A stretch of 64,000 nt of DNA, from the NCBI GenBank assembly GCA_025457865.1, contig JALOTP010000004.1:7684-71683 (forward strand). Reading direction: 5' to 3'. Each line of letters opens with the position of its first letter. Position 1 is the stretch's first letter. Made by a program: the position numbers and the translations under genes. Of this stretch, positions 19,763 through 27,120 are shown one piece after another. Source of the DNA: Thermoplasmatota archaeon (lineage in GTDB: Archaea; Thermoplasmatota; Penumbrarchaeia; Penumbrarchaeales; Penumbrarchaeaceae). Under the pieces are notes generated by a model. That model did no database searches, was not told the origin of the DNA, and saw only the letters and a program-made list of their open reading frames with translations.

Positions 19763-20874
19763 GGGAATCCCCCCTTGAGCTCGACGGCGTCCTCCTCTAT
19801 CTCCTTGCCCTCCAAAGCTTTTTTGAGGTATCCGAGCTGGTCCTTTAAGTCCGGTGTCATCTCGGAGTAGATGTGTTCGAACATCTCCTCGGGTCTCAAA
19901 TTTCCAATGCTCTCTGCCTTTTCTACCGAGGTCTTGATGAGGTCCTGGGCCTTCAAAGTGAGATCGTCCTCCCAGGCCTGGGTCCATACGCCCTTGTTCT
20001 TGAGGTAGAGCCTGAAACGCTTGAGTGGGTCCTTGTCCTCCCAGTCCTTCTGCTCCTCATCGGTCCTGTACCTCTTGGGATCGTCAGCAGTAGTATGCAT
20101 CAGTCGCCTGTAGGTGAAGGCCTCTATGAGGCTAGGTCCCTCACCTTTCTTTGCCGCATCCAACGCCCTCTTGGTCGCAATATAGACCGCCATCACATCG
20201 TTACCGTCAACATAGATGCCTGGGAATCCGTAGGCCTCACCTTTCTGGGCTATGGTCCTGGATGCGGTCTGCCTCTTCCTCGAGACACTTATGGCCCATT
20301 GATTGTTCTGGACCAGGAAGACCACAGGGGCCCCGAAGACGCCTGCGAAGTTCATGCCCTCGTGGAAGTCGCCTTCCGACGTTCCGCCGTCCCCGAGGTA
20401 GCAGAGGACCGCGCACCCCTCTTTCTGGAGCTTCTTGGCCCAGGCGAATCCCGCAGCGATGGGGACCTGGGTGGAGACCGGGACGAATATCGGAAAGCTC
20501 TTGATCCCCGCTGGGGGGATATTTCCCCTTGGGTCCCCCATGAAATAGAGGAGGATGTTCTCGAAGGGCAGGTCCCTTATCATGTAGGACGATAGCTCCC
20601 TGAACGCGGGGAAGAGCCAATCGTCCCTGTCCATGGCAAGAGCGCTGCCTACCTGGGCAGCTTCCTGGCCTGTGCTGGGAGCATAGGTCCCGAGCCTCCC
20701 CTGCCTCTGGAGCTTTATCGCCTTGTCATCGGCAAGCCTTCCGTAGAGCATCCACCAGAACATATCTTTGAGGAGCGCCTCGTCGAGGCCTGGGTCTTCG
20801 CCAACAAGGTTCCCGTCCTTGTCAATGGTCTGATAGAACTCGCAATCCTGTGGAAGACATTCCCTTATTTCCAT
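19759..20874 (-). CDS. 2-oxoacid dehydrogenase E1 alpha subunit (TPP-dependent)
   Basis: TPP-binding region YLGDGGTSEGDFHEGMNFAGVFGAPVVFLVQNNQWAIS and the phospho-loop-like YRRLMHTTADD. Confidence 0.9.
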   Translation of the reverse strand: MEIRECLPQDCEFYQTIDKDGNLVGEDPGLDEALLKDMFWWMLYGRLADDKAIKLQRQGRLGTYAPSTGQEAAQVGSALAMDRDDWLFPAFRELSSYMIRDLPFENILLYFMGDPRGNIPPAGIKSFPIFVPVSTQVPIAAGFAWAKKLQKEGCAVLCYLGDGGTSEGDFHEGMNFAGVFGAPVVFLVQNNQWAISVSRKRQTASRTIAQKGEAYGFPGIYVDGNDVMAVYIATKRALDAAKKGEGPSLIEAFTYRRLMHTTADDPKRYRTDEEQKDWEDKDPLKRFRLYLKNKGVWTQAWEDDLTLKAQDLIKTSVEKAESIGNLRPEEMFEHIYSEMTPDLKDQLGYLKKALEGKEIEEDAVELKGGFP

Positions 20875-20919
20875 GTGAAATACCTCCTGATTGAAGGCCG
20901 ATAGGACCGGAAGGAAGCA

Positions 20920-21192
20920 TCACTGCTTCTTGGCCCAGTCCCTTAGCTGCTCGTACGTCACGGCCCCGCAGAGGAACTGGTCGTTCCTTTTGTTGTAAAG
21001 GAAGGGCACACCGTTGCATCTGCCCTTGGAATACTTCATCATGAGGCTCTGGTTGGCGCTGTTGTGCCAGACCTCATACCTCGTTATGGATATACCTTCA
21101 TCTTCCTTGAGCCTGTTTATCATCATCTCCAGCTGCTTGCATGGCGGGCATTCGGCCCCGTAGAAGTCCAGTAGGTGCGATTCCTCTTCCAT
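20920..21192 (-). CDS. Thioredoxin/glutaredoxin-like small protein (CPPC active site)
   Basis: LLDFYGAECPPCKQL ... GVPFLY arrangement, typical of the thioredoxin fold. It lies 45 nt upstream of E1alpha on the same strand. Confidence 0.6.
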   Translation of the reverse strand: MEEESHLLDFYGAECPPCKQLEMMINRLKEDEGISITRYEVWHNSANQSLMMKYSKGRCNGVPFLYNKRNDQFLCGAVTYEQLRDWAKKQ

Positions 21193-21258
21193 CTTTGGTC
21201 ACCACCACTTTTTTCCCTGCCTCTTTATAGCAGGTATATGATGGAACCACTAGTCGGG

Positions 21259-21290
21259 CATTGAAATACTTTGTCATTGATATTTCAATG
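21259..21290. promoter_or_regulatory. Perfect 10-bp inverted repeat CATTGAAATA-N12-TATTTCAATG, upstream of the thioredoxin-like/OADH gene string
   Basis: Read directly from the sequence. A nested palindrome TCATTGA-TATT-TCAATGA lies inside it. On the minus strand, a TATAAAGA-like box and GGTGGTGA follow it before the ATG at 21192. Confidence 0.3.
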
Positions 21291-21308
21291 ATGAGGTGAA
21301 GGTGGAAG

Positions 21309-21590
21309 TCAATCGTGGTCGGGGTCAATGTCCTTTTTGATATCATCTATGGCCTTGTTGACGCTTTCGAGGACCTTGGCAGCATCCTTCCTGACCGTCC
21401 TCTCTACCCCCCGGTCCTCCATCTCCCTTCTCTTCTTTTCGATAGTGTCCGACAGGGTATCCAGACCTTCCTCGGTCTCTTTCAGGAGCTTTACGGTCTC
21501 TCTGTCCACATCAAGGTCTTTTATGCTGTCCACTATCTCACCAAGCTTCCTCTTGATATCCTTTGACAGGTCGTTAAGGTCCGTAGGCAT
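21309..21590 (-). CDS. Small, highly charged coiled-coil protein (hypothetical)
   Basis: A 93-aa ORF with regular heptad-like charged composition. No recognisable motif. Confidence 0.4.
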   Translation of the reverse strand: MPTDLNDLSKDIKRKLGEIVDSIKDLDVDRETVKLLKETEEGLDTLSDTIEKKRREMEDRGVERTVRKDAAKVLESVNKAIDDIKKDIDPDHD

Positions 21591-21608
21591 TGTATCAGCT
21601 CCTCTGTA

Positions 21609-22067
21609 TCAAATTAAGTGTAGGTCCATAGTACCACGGACCTCGTTAATCTTCCTTGTCATACCAATATCAAGGACAAGGAGAACGGATTCGGCGGTCA
21701 AACCCACGGTTGCTTCCAGCAGGTGCCCACCAGAGACCCGTTTGTCCTTATCACCGACCATGGCATGGAGGTGTGGGAACGGTCCCTCTCTCTCCTTTGA
21801 GATGATGCCGGAGACGTTCAAGAGCTCCAGAGGGCCTTCTATGACCTTGGGAGAGTAGTCCCCTTTACCTCGGTAATAACCAAGGGACGCTCTCTGGAAC
21901 TGCCCTATCGACGAAACGACCACCACCCCTGTCCCAGGGAGTTGTGAGCAGGCCTCTTTCAGTGAGGTGATATAATCCTCGCCCATGTTCATCTTCACGA
22001 CGGCAGTTCCGTCCTTCACCCTCATTTCCAGATCGGGTCCCTCCGCATCCGTTGCAGGATAGGCCAT
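21609..22067 (-). CDS. PPC/DUF296-domain protein (putative DNA-binding)
   Basis: GEDYITSLKEACSQL...VVSSIGQFQRASLGYY...GPLELLNVSGIIS...PHLHAMVGD...GGHLLEATV matches the DUF296 pattern. I trimmed the start to ATG 22067. The track start at 22241 adds a basic leader that overlaps the divergent gene. Confidence 0.6.
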   Translation of the reverse strand: MAYPATDAEGPDLEMRVKDGTAVVKMNMGEDYITSLKEACSQLPGTGVVVVSSIGQFQRASLGYYRGKGDYSPKVIEGPLELLNVSGIISKEREGPFPHLHAMVGDKDKRVSGGHLLEATVGLTAESVLLVLDIGMTRKINEVRGTMDLHLI

Positions 22068-22201
22068 TGGGTTAATAAAACATGTTTTCAAAGGAGTACC
22101 GTAAATGTTATGTAGTATCCGTCGCAGATGGTATTCTTGCGGGAAATCAAGCAAACATCTGGCAGGGGATGACCCCCTTTTTTTAAAAACATCCTTCCTT
22201 C

Positions 22202-23917
22202 TTGCCATTCCCCTGCCCCTCCCCTTTCTGGACCCATTCACTCAAGGCCTGTGGTGCTCAGTTCCGCGGAAAAGACCCTTCAGAAAAATGGATTATTCAG
22301 AATGTTGTTGGAAGGTTCAAAGCTACGGGTCGAAAGGATGCGGTGAAACGGCCCCAAGACCCGTTACGGAAGGTGTGGTCCTTGCCCAGGTCTATCCATA
22401 TCAGAACATTGGTCCCGGTCGTTCTTGCCGTTCTGGTAGCGTGCCTGATGGTCGATACACCTCCGGTTCGGGGTGATGCCAAGGACATAACCGTCCCTGC
22501 CGGCGGCTCCCGCAGCGTTGCCCTGGGATTCATGTACACCGGTTCTTCGGTCCAGTACTCTTGGATCACCGGGAGCGAGCTCGAACTGACCGATTTCTAT
22601 ATTGAGGATACGGCAGGAAGGAAATATCAGGAACTGACTGAGACGTTCCAGGGAGGGAACACCTTCTCGGTGACCCTCGATGGGAGCTATCTCCTTACAT
22701 GGGATTGCAAGAAGTACCCCTACGGAGTTCAGGTGAGCTACAGCTTCAAGGTCACGGCGGTCACTATAACGTCCGACCTCACTGTTGACATCTCCATAGA
22801 TAACAACATGTGCCCACAAGGGCAGTCGACCGATTTCGACATCAAGATAACCAATCCCAACAGCGGTCAGATAAAACTGGGCATGGTCGGGCTCCATCTG
22901 GACTGGATGGAGGCGGGGCAGTACCTGAAGAACAGGACCGTGGACCTTCAGGTCACGACGGTCCAGAGCAAAGAACAGCTGACGGTGACCATCAAAGTGG
23001 ATGTTGCCGATGATGCGAACCTCGGGCTCCATTTCTACGAGGTCAATGTTACTTACGACCTCCTGGCCAATAGCAACTGGCATACATTCTACTGGAACAG
23101 TGGGAACCTGTCAAATTTCTATGTGGTCCCCATGGACTCCGACGGGGACAGTACACCGGACGTAGAGGATGCATTCCCCAATGACCCCAACGAACAGAAG
23201 GACACTGATGGGGACAAGGTCGGGGACAAGGCAGATGCTTTCCTGAACGACCCTGCCGCATCCAAGGATGCTGACAAGGACGGTCACCCGGATGTGTGGA
23301 ACCTCGGGTATTCCGAATCGAACTCGACAACGGGACTGCGATCCGATGCTTTCCCCCAAGACCCCGCCGCTAGCAATGATACGGACGGGGACGGTTACCC
23401 CAACGAGTGGAACGTAGGGAAGACGCAGCTCGACTCAACGACGGGACTGGTGCTTGATAGATACCCTGATGACCCCTACAAGTGGAAGGAAGTGAAGGTG
23501 AGCCATACCAAGACCTACATCATATTGGCTACGGTTGTCGTGGGCCTCATCATGCTCATGTTCATAGCTGCGCTCGTCGTCGTTAGAGTGAAGAAGAGCA
23601 TGGAGAGCGCCAAGAAGGAAGCGGATAAGGAAGCTGAGAGGGTAAGGAAGGAGATGGAGGAACATAAGAAGGCCAAGGAGTTCGAGAGGAGCGGCGGTAG
23701 AGGGGAGGGGTCCGACAGCAATGTTTCGATCCTTGGGGGGGAGGGTGAAACGGTCGTATCGGCAGTCCCTACAACGCTGGCCGAGGCCCATGCACTGGAT
23801 GGTCAGACCAAGAAACCGGTTACTTACGAGGACCTCTACGGGAAGAAAGAGGAACCCGCAAGGGATGGGGATGAGAACGAAATAACCGAGATCGATGAGA
23901 CCACGAAAGAGGAATAG
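22202..23917 (+). CDS. Membrane-anchored surface protein with thrombospondin-type-3-like Ca-binding repeats
   Basis: - Signal-like IRTLVPVVLAVLVACLMV.
- Asp-rich repeats: DSDGDSTPDVEDAFPNDPNEQKDTDGDKVGDKADAFLNDPAASKDADKDGHPD...DAFPQDPAASNDTDGDGYPNEW.
- One TM helix (IILATVVVGLIMLMFIAALVVV), then a charged tail ending ...ETTKEE.
- The true start is probably an in-frame GTG at 22343 or 22373, just before the signal peptide. Confidence 0.65.
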   Translation: MPFPCPSPFWTHSLKACGAQFRGKDPSEKWIIQNVVGRFKATGRKDAVKRPQDPLRKVWSLPRSIHIRTLVPVVLAVLVACLMVDTPPVRGDAKDITVPAGGSRSVALGFMYTGSSVQYSWITGSELELTDFYIEDTAGRKYQELTETFQGGNTFSVTLDGSYLLTWDCKKYPYGVQVSYSFKVTAVTITSDLTVDISIDNNMCPQGQSTDFDIKITNPNSGQIKLGMVGLHLDWMEAGQYLKNRTVDLQVTTVQSKEQLTVTIKVDVADDANLGLHFYEVNVTYDLLANSNWHTFYWNSGNLSNFYVVPMDSDGDSTPDVEDAFPNDPNEQKDTDGDKVGDKADAFLNDPAASKDADKDGHPDVWNLGYSESNSTTGLRSDAFPQDPAASNDTDGDGYPNEWNVGKTQLDSTTGLVLDRYPDDPYKWKEVKVSHTKTYIILATVVVGLIMLMFIAALVVVRVKKSMESAKKEADKEAERVRKEMEEHKKAKEFERSGGRGEGSDSNVSILGGEGETVVSAVPTTLAEAHALDGQTKKPVTYEDLYGKKEEPARDGDENEITEIDETTKEE

Positions 23918-24243
23918 TGCAGGGGAAGGGACAGCTGGAGAGTCTATCAATCGACGACAAGCCAACTCCAGATGTCCAGCCCAAAAACGGTTATGATTAT
24001 TATTTCATTATTTTTGGGCGTCTTGAATCAATGTCACGCACCATTTTCCGTGAACATATAATAATTGACGAAAGAGAAAAAGTGCAGGGGAAGGGACCTT
24101 TGATGTGTCCATAAAGCGACGAGAATCCAACATCAAAGGGCCAGCTAAAAAGCTGGAATTAAAATAAAAACCCTTTTTAGCGTATTAAATTAATGTCACG
24201 CACCATTTTTCATGTATTATATTAAATCGACGTGAGAAAAATG
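23917..24243. repeat. Two tandem units of ~162-165 nt. Each begins with a 15-16 nt copy of the tRNA-Leu 3' end and ends with a conserved ~55-nt block.
   Basis: GTGCAGGGGAAGGGA(C) occurs at 23917, at 24082, and inside the tRNA at 24244. The extended match ACGAAAGAG(G/A)AA(T/A)AGTGCAGGGGAAGGGAC occurs at 23903..23932 and 24068..24097. A second conserved block, AATGTCACGCACCATTTT plus an AT-rich stretch, occurs at 24030 and 24192. Confidence 0.8.
24234..24241 (-). terminator. Oligo-T tract (TTTTTCTC on the minus strand) immediately 3' of tRNA-Leu
   Basis: A run of five T's starts directly after the encoded CCA. Archaeal RNA polymerase terminates at oligo-T tracts. Confidence 0.4.
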
Positions 24244-24328
24244 GTGCAGGGGAAGGGATTTGAACCCTCGTACCACTAAGGACCAGACCCTGAATCTGGC
24301 GCTTTTAACCTGGCTGAGCTACCCCTGC
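24242..24328 (-). tRNA. tRNA-Leu (anticodon CAG), class II with a long variable arm; CCA is encoded
   Basis: Folded by hand from GCAGGGGTAGCTCAGCCAGGTTAAAAGCGCCAGATTCAGGGTCTGGTCCTTAGTGGTACGAGGGTTCAAATCCCTTCCCCTGCACCA.
- Acceptor stem GCAGGGG/CCCCTGC.
- Anticodon stem CCAGA/TCTGG.
- Anticodon loop TTCAGGG.
- T arm GAGGG-TTCAAAT-CCCTT.
- Discriminator base A. Confidence 0.9.
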
Positions 24329-24350
24329 TGTTCGTTGGCGTTTGATACAA

Positions 24351-24462
24351 GGGTAGCGAAGCCAGGTCCGCTCCATAGGGAGCGCAAGACCAGGTAGGAC
24401 CATCGAAGATGGTCCCTTTCCGCGAACGCTCTGGCCATGGGCCAAAGGGTTCTGAGCTACCC
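24351..24462 (-). ncRNA. Unassigned structured element of ~112 nt, 22 nt upstream of tRNA-Leu on the same strand (cloverleaf-like, but not a canonical tRNA)
   Basis: - Terminal helix GGGTAGC/GCTACCC.
- Three internal hairpins: CTTTGGCC-CAT-GGCCAGAG, GGACCATC-TTC-GATGGTCC, CGCTCC-CTAT-GGAGCG.
- The 5' end, CAGGGGTAGCTCAG, copies the tRNA-Leu acceptor/D-arm start.
- There is no TTCRANN T-loop.
- No TATA-like box lies between it and the tRNA, so co-transcription is plausible. Confidence 0.3.
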
Positions 24463-24558
24463 CTGTGAAGGATCATAAGGGTTCAGGGCGGGGGTGCTAT
24501 AGCGTTCTTATTTTAATCCTTTTTCATTCCCATACCATAAAGTTCAGTGCAAGGTCCG

Positions 24559-25758
24559 TCAGTTTATAGGTCTTGCACCTATCAGGTCAATATCGCAGAC
24601 AGTCACCTTCCCCCTCTTCCTCCAGGTCTCGACCACGTTCTTAACCTGCTCCAACCCAGAGGTACCCCCGACAAAAGCGAAAACCGAGTTCCCTATCATT
24701 ATCTGGGAGGCCTTGGTGAGCTTTCCCACCTCACCTATTGCAGCCCTAACTAAGAAGCTCTGCAGGGTGGACCCCATGCTGAACTGGTTAGCCTCCTTCA
24801 TGAGCGTGTCCAGATTAGGGTCCACCAGCAGGTTCTTCAAGGCGGCCTCACCGGCCTCGTTTATCTTTGCCCTCCTGGCGGGATTGTCAAGGATGGTCTT
24901 CGTTTCTATGGGCTGTCCAACGACCATCATTGCCACCGATGGCGGGGCATGTATCTCCACCGGGACCGTGTGGACCTCGCCGAAGGGCGGGATCCCGGGT
25001 GCAAGCCTCATCTCTATCCCGCCCCTGGCCGCGGCAACGACATCCCCCAGGCCGCCCTTTGCCAGGATATCCGCCCTATGGGCGGCGGCTATGCAGTCGC
25101 TGTATGAGGGCAGGCCTATTGATGAATCAGCCTGGCTCTCACCCAGCCATCTGGTGGGGGTCCTAATACTGCCTCCCGTCTCCAGCATCCCGGAGGCCTT
25201 CCCCGAGGAAGGAACGGGCTCTAGCTGCTCCTCACGTTTCATGTAGAGCTGCATGGGGGAGATGAGCCGCCGTTTTATCGGTTTGATCCTGAACTCGGAG
25301 GTCTTCATGGAGAAGTACCTCTCCTGCTGCGCCTTGAACCTCAATCTCCTGTCCCACCCAGGGATGTTACAGTAACATGCCTCCCAGACGGCTATCGCAG
25401 TCGAGAGGGCCCCCGCGGCGGACATGCCGAAACCCTGGGAAACAGGGAGCTGGAGCCTCACCTTCAAGGAAGCTTTCCAACCGGTCCCGTTCTCGGGAAG
25501 GACCGCATGGAGGACGTTCTCGTAGAGGGAACGGTCGACCTCGAAAGCGTCCAGACCAACGACATCGAGCTTGAGCTCAAGAGGTATTCTCGATCCACCC
25601 TCCTTAGGAGGTTCGAGCGCTACCGTTGTGAATGCGCCAAGGCTCAGATTGACGCCTGCGCCCCTCGACCCCTTCATTAGAATATTATCCGTCGAATCAT
25701 GGATGGAGAAGAAGGCGGTGATATGACCAGGGCAGAACGCATTGCCTCTTAGGACCAT
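24559..25758 (-). CDS. Pantoate kinase (archaeal CoA pathway, GHMP kinase superfamily) with a large internal insertion
   Basis: N-terminal FCPGHITAFFSI, GHMP motif GFGMSAAGALSTAIAV, and a later GGLGDVVAAARGGIE. An extra ~90 aa separate the GHMP motif from the GLGDV block. The gene overlaps coaBC by 10 nt. Confidence 0.7.
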   Translation of the reverse strand: MVLRGNAFCPGHITAFFSIHDSTDNILMKGSRGAGVNLSLGAFTTVALEPPKEGGSRIPLELKLDVVGLDAFEVDRSLYENVLHAVLPENGTGWKASLKVRLQLPVSQGFGMSAAGALSTAIAVWEACYCNIPGWDRRLRFKAQQERYFSMKTSEFRIKPIKRRLISPMQLYMKREEQLEPVPSSGKASGMLETGGSIRTPTRWLGESQADSSIGLPSYSDCIAAAHRADILAKGGLGDVVAAARGGIEMRLAPGIPPFGEVHTVPVEIHAPPSVAMMVVGQPIETKTILDNPARRAKINEAGEAALKNLLVDPNLDTLMKEANQFSMGSTLQSFLVRAAIGEVGKLTKASQIMIGNSVFAFVGGTSGLEQVKNVVETWRKRGKVTVCDIDLIGARPIN

Positions 25759-26996
25759 GGAACCTTTTTTCCCCCGTTTTTCTTACTATCAAGCAGTTTC
25801 TCGATTATAAAACCAGCGAGCTCCATCTTCGGTCCGGAGAACCTGAAAGCGGTGCTGTCCCTCATTATCACAAGGCAGGTCGTTGCGTCCTGGGTGACGC
25901 CTGAAAGGGCATTTGCCACTATCATGTCAAGTGAAGCGTTCTTAAGCTTCCTGAAGGCCCGCCTGGCAATTTCAGGTTCATCATCCAAGGATTCGGCCTT
26001 CCAACCGACCATGAGGCAATCAGGGTTCTCCCTCCTGTAGGCATCTATCAGCTTGGGGGTGGGGAGCATCCTGATGAGAAGCTCCTCCTTCCCTGAAGGG
26101 ATCTTTCCCTCTTCCACCTGCGGAGCATAGTCGGATATACCCGCGCAGAAGAAGGCTACGGTCGGCACCCCCCAGCGCTCCCCGGGAGATGAGAGCTTCC
26201 TCTGAAGGTCGGTAGTGGTGGAGAACCTCAGGGTCCTTATATGCTGCGGGACCTTCTCGACGTTCTCTCCCGCAAGCATAAGGACATCGGCCCCCTCGCG
26301 GTAGCATTCGATGGCAAGATGGATGCCGGTGGCCCCGGACGCTCTGTTCGTTATGAACCTCATATCGTCAATGGGCTCCCTGGTGGCTCCTGTGACAATA
26401 AGGACCCTATCTCCCCTGAGACGGCCCCTACCGAGCTTTCTCAGGACCCTCTCGACTATCATGGGGACCGGTGCCATCTTGGCCTTGTTCTCCTCTATCG
26501 ATGGGTCCACCACTTCGACACCCATGGCAACTGCCTTGGACAGGTTCTCCCTCACGGTAGGGTGTTCGTACATGGTGCTGTGCATGGCCGGGACCAATAA
26601 GACGGGTATACCCGTCCCAATAGCCGTCGTCAGGAAGGTGGTCACCGGGGTGTCGTCAACAGCATGGACCATCTTTCCCAGTGTGTTTGCGGTGCATGGA
26701 GCAAGTAGGACAAGGTCCGCCCTGCCCTGGACATTGCCGCAGAGGGAAACATGTTCCACCCCTCCGGTCAGTTCGGTTATGACCGGGTTCCCTGTGGCGA
26801 AACCCATGGCATAGGGGTGGATTATATCGCAGGCCTTGGGGCTCATGACCGCATGGACATCGGCCCCGTGGCGTACTAGCTCCCTTGAGAGCTTGACGCA
26901 CTCCACAGCGCCTATGGAACCGGTGATGGCCAGGACTATCCTCTTGCCCGATAGCAGGCTGGACCTGACACCCCTTATGTCGTTCACCGGGTGCAT
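25749..26996 (-). CDS. coaBC: Bifunctional phosphopantothenoylcysteine decarboxylase / phosphopantothenate-cysteine ligase
   Basis: Flavoprotein N-domain (KRIVLAITGSIGAVECVKLSRELVRHGADVHAVMS...PCTANTLGKM) and the CoaB domain (VLIVTGATREPIDDMRFITNRASGATG). ATG 26996 is preferred over the TTG at 27017. Confidence 0.9.
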   Translation of the reverse strand: MHPVNDIRGVRSSLLSGKRIVLAITGSIGAVECVKLSRELVRHGADVHAVMSPKACDIIHPYAMGFATGNPVITELTGGVEHVSLCGNVQGRADLVLLAPCTANTLGKMVHAVDDTPVTTFLTTAIGTGIPVLLVPAMHSTMYEHPTVRENLSKAVAMGVEVVDPSIEENKAKMAPVPMIVERVLRKLGRGRLRGDRVLIVTGATREPIDDMRFITNRASGATGIHLAIECYREGADVLMLAGENVEKVPQHIRTLRFSTTTDLQRKLSSPGERWGVPTVAFFCAGISDYAPQVEEGKIPSGKEELLIRMLPTPKLIDAYRRENPDCLMVGWKAESLDDEPEIARRAFRKLKNASLDMIVANALSGVTQDATTCLVIMRDSTAFRFSGPKMELAGFIIEKLLDSKKNGGKKVPWS

Positions 26997-27120
26997 GTGG
27001 GTGGAACCCCGAATCAAGTTATTATGTTTTCTTGGTCCTATGCACGGATGTAGGATAGATTAATAGTCTAAGATGTTCATATTATTGCACATTAGGGGAA
27101 GCTCTGATAGAGGTGGTTCC

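Noticed and set aside
18785-19987. A 75-aa N-terminal extension of E1beta. Similar long N-termini appear in the track for pyk (to 14990), the DUF296 protein (to 22241), atpB (from 54832) and the PqqD-like protein (to 31713).
   Set aside because: The extensions overlap the upstream genes and have a biased, motif-free composition. In each case an internal ATG aligns with the conserved family N-terminus, often with stop/start overlap.
23917-24114. A 65-aa + ORF (MQGKGQLESL...VQGKGPLMCP).
   Set aside because: It begins and ends inside the att-like repeats, which is why VQGKG appears twice. It spans AT-rich non-coding sequence and has no RBS, so it is an artefact of the repeat.
23917-24243. Possible CRISPR array, suggested by the repeated GTGCAGGGGAAGGGA units.
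   Set aside because: There are only three copies at ~162-nt spacing. The 'spacers' are themselves partly homologous. The repeat is simply the tRNA-Leu 3' end, and no cas genes are present.
24351-24480. A second tRNA gene upstream of tRNA-Leu, suggested by GGGGTAGCTCAG and a GCTC/GAGC D-stem. The possibility of an A1:U72 initiator-like tRNA was also considered.
   Set aside because: There is no canonical T-loop. No anticodon stem-loop can be derived. The D-loop would be 22 nt long. The region is kept only as an unassigned structured element.
21609-24560. An integrated provirus or plasmid at tRNA-Leu.
   Set aside because: No integrase, replication or capsid-like gene is adjacent. The att-like copies enclose only ~160-nt segments. 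A 9-nt partial match at about 22205 is within chance expectation.
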